Origin: Chlamydiota bacterium
Lineage (GTDB): Bacteria; Chlamydiota; Chlamydiia; Chlamydiales; SM23-39
Direction: 5' to 3'
Length of the DNA: 16,100 nt
Assembly (NCBI GenBank): GCA_050049995.1
Contig: JASFVE010000043.1
Location: 1-16,100, forward strand
The position numbers were made by a program, and so were the translations under genes. Shown here piece after piece: positions 15,893 to 16,100 of this stretch. The notes below the pieces were generated by a model. It did no database searches and had not been told where the DNA came from. It was given only the letters and a program-made list of their open reading frames with translations. Position 1 is the first letter of the stretch. Each line of letters opens with the position of its first letter.

Positions 15893-16099
15893 TTACAATA
15901 TCGCTTGGTTTATTTTCTTTTCAAATTTTTCCACTTCTTCCCTCCAGTAAAACAGGTAGTTGGTGAAATCCTCAATAGTATTTTTGAATTCGGCGTAATT
16001 TGTGTCATAGGACAATATAGAAGAGAGTGTCAAGAATTTCTCTTGTTGATCTAATCCTATTGCACTTTCTCCTGTTCCTTGCCCCAGTAAATTAGCTTC
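15893..16099 (-). CDS. scc4: 3' part of CesT-family T3SS chaperone Scc4 (CT663-like), partial
   Basis: Manual translation: EANLLGQGTGESAIGLDQQEKFLTLSSILSYDTNYAEFKNTIEDFTNYLFYWREEVEKFEKKINQAIL*. The ANL-G-GTG--AIGLD and F---I--F-NY---W motifs are class I chaperone hallmarks; stop is 4 nt upstream of the cdsD ATG. Confidence 0.9.
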   Translation of the reverse strand, partial: EANLLGQGTGESAIGLDQQEKFLTLSSILSYDTNYAEFKNTIEDFTNYLFYWREEVEKFEKKINQAIL

Positions 16100-16100
16100 C

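Noticed and set aside
1..16100. CRISPR arrays, tRNA/rRNA genes, transposases
   Set aside because: No regularly spaced DNA repeats, structural RNA signatures or transposase/integrase motifs were seen.

Overview
AT-rich bacterial DNA, almost certainly from an environmental member of Chlamydiota. Most of the window (about 2433-16100, minus strand) is the conserved chlamydial type III secretion cluster equivalent to C. trachomatis CT663-CT674: scc4 (partial), cdsD, cdsE, cdsF, cdsG, a CT668 homolog, cdsN, cdsO, cdsP, cdsQ, pkn5 and cdsC. The standout feature is a giant secretin CdsC (~1415 aa) whose N3-type ring domain is tandemly amplified ten times (~83-aa period), with traces of block duplication. 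cdsC overlaps a TPR lipoprotein-like gene (candidate pilotin), which overlaps a signal-peptide-bearing YidD-like gene lacking the three canonical cysteines. The CT668 homolog ends in an SctI/inner-rod-like motif, and Pkn5 carries a catalytically degenerate SpoIIE/PP2C-like domain. At the left end two tandem, apparently paralogous helical hypothetical genes (effector candidates) lie on the plus strand, converging on the cluster. All calls come from motif recognition and synteny by eye; no searches were run.
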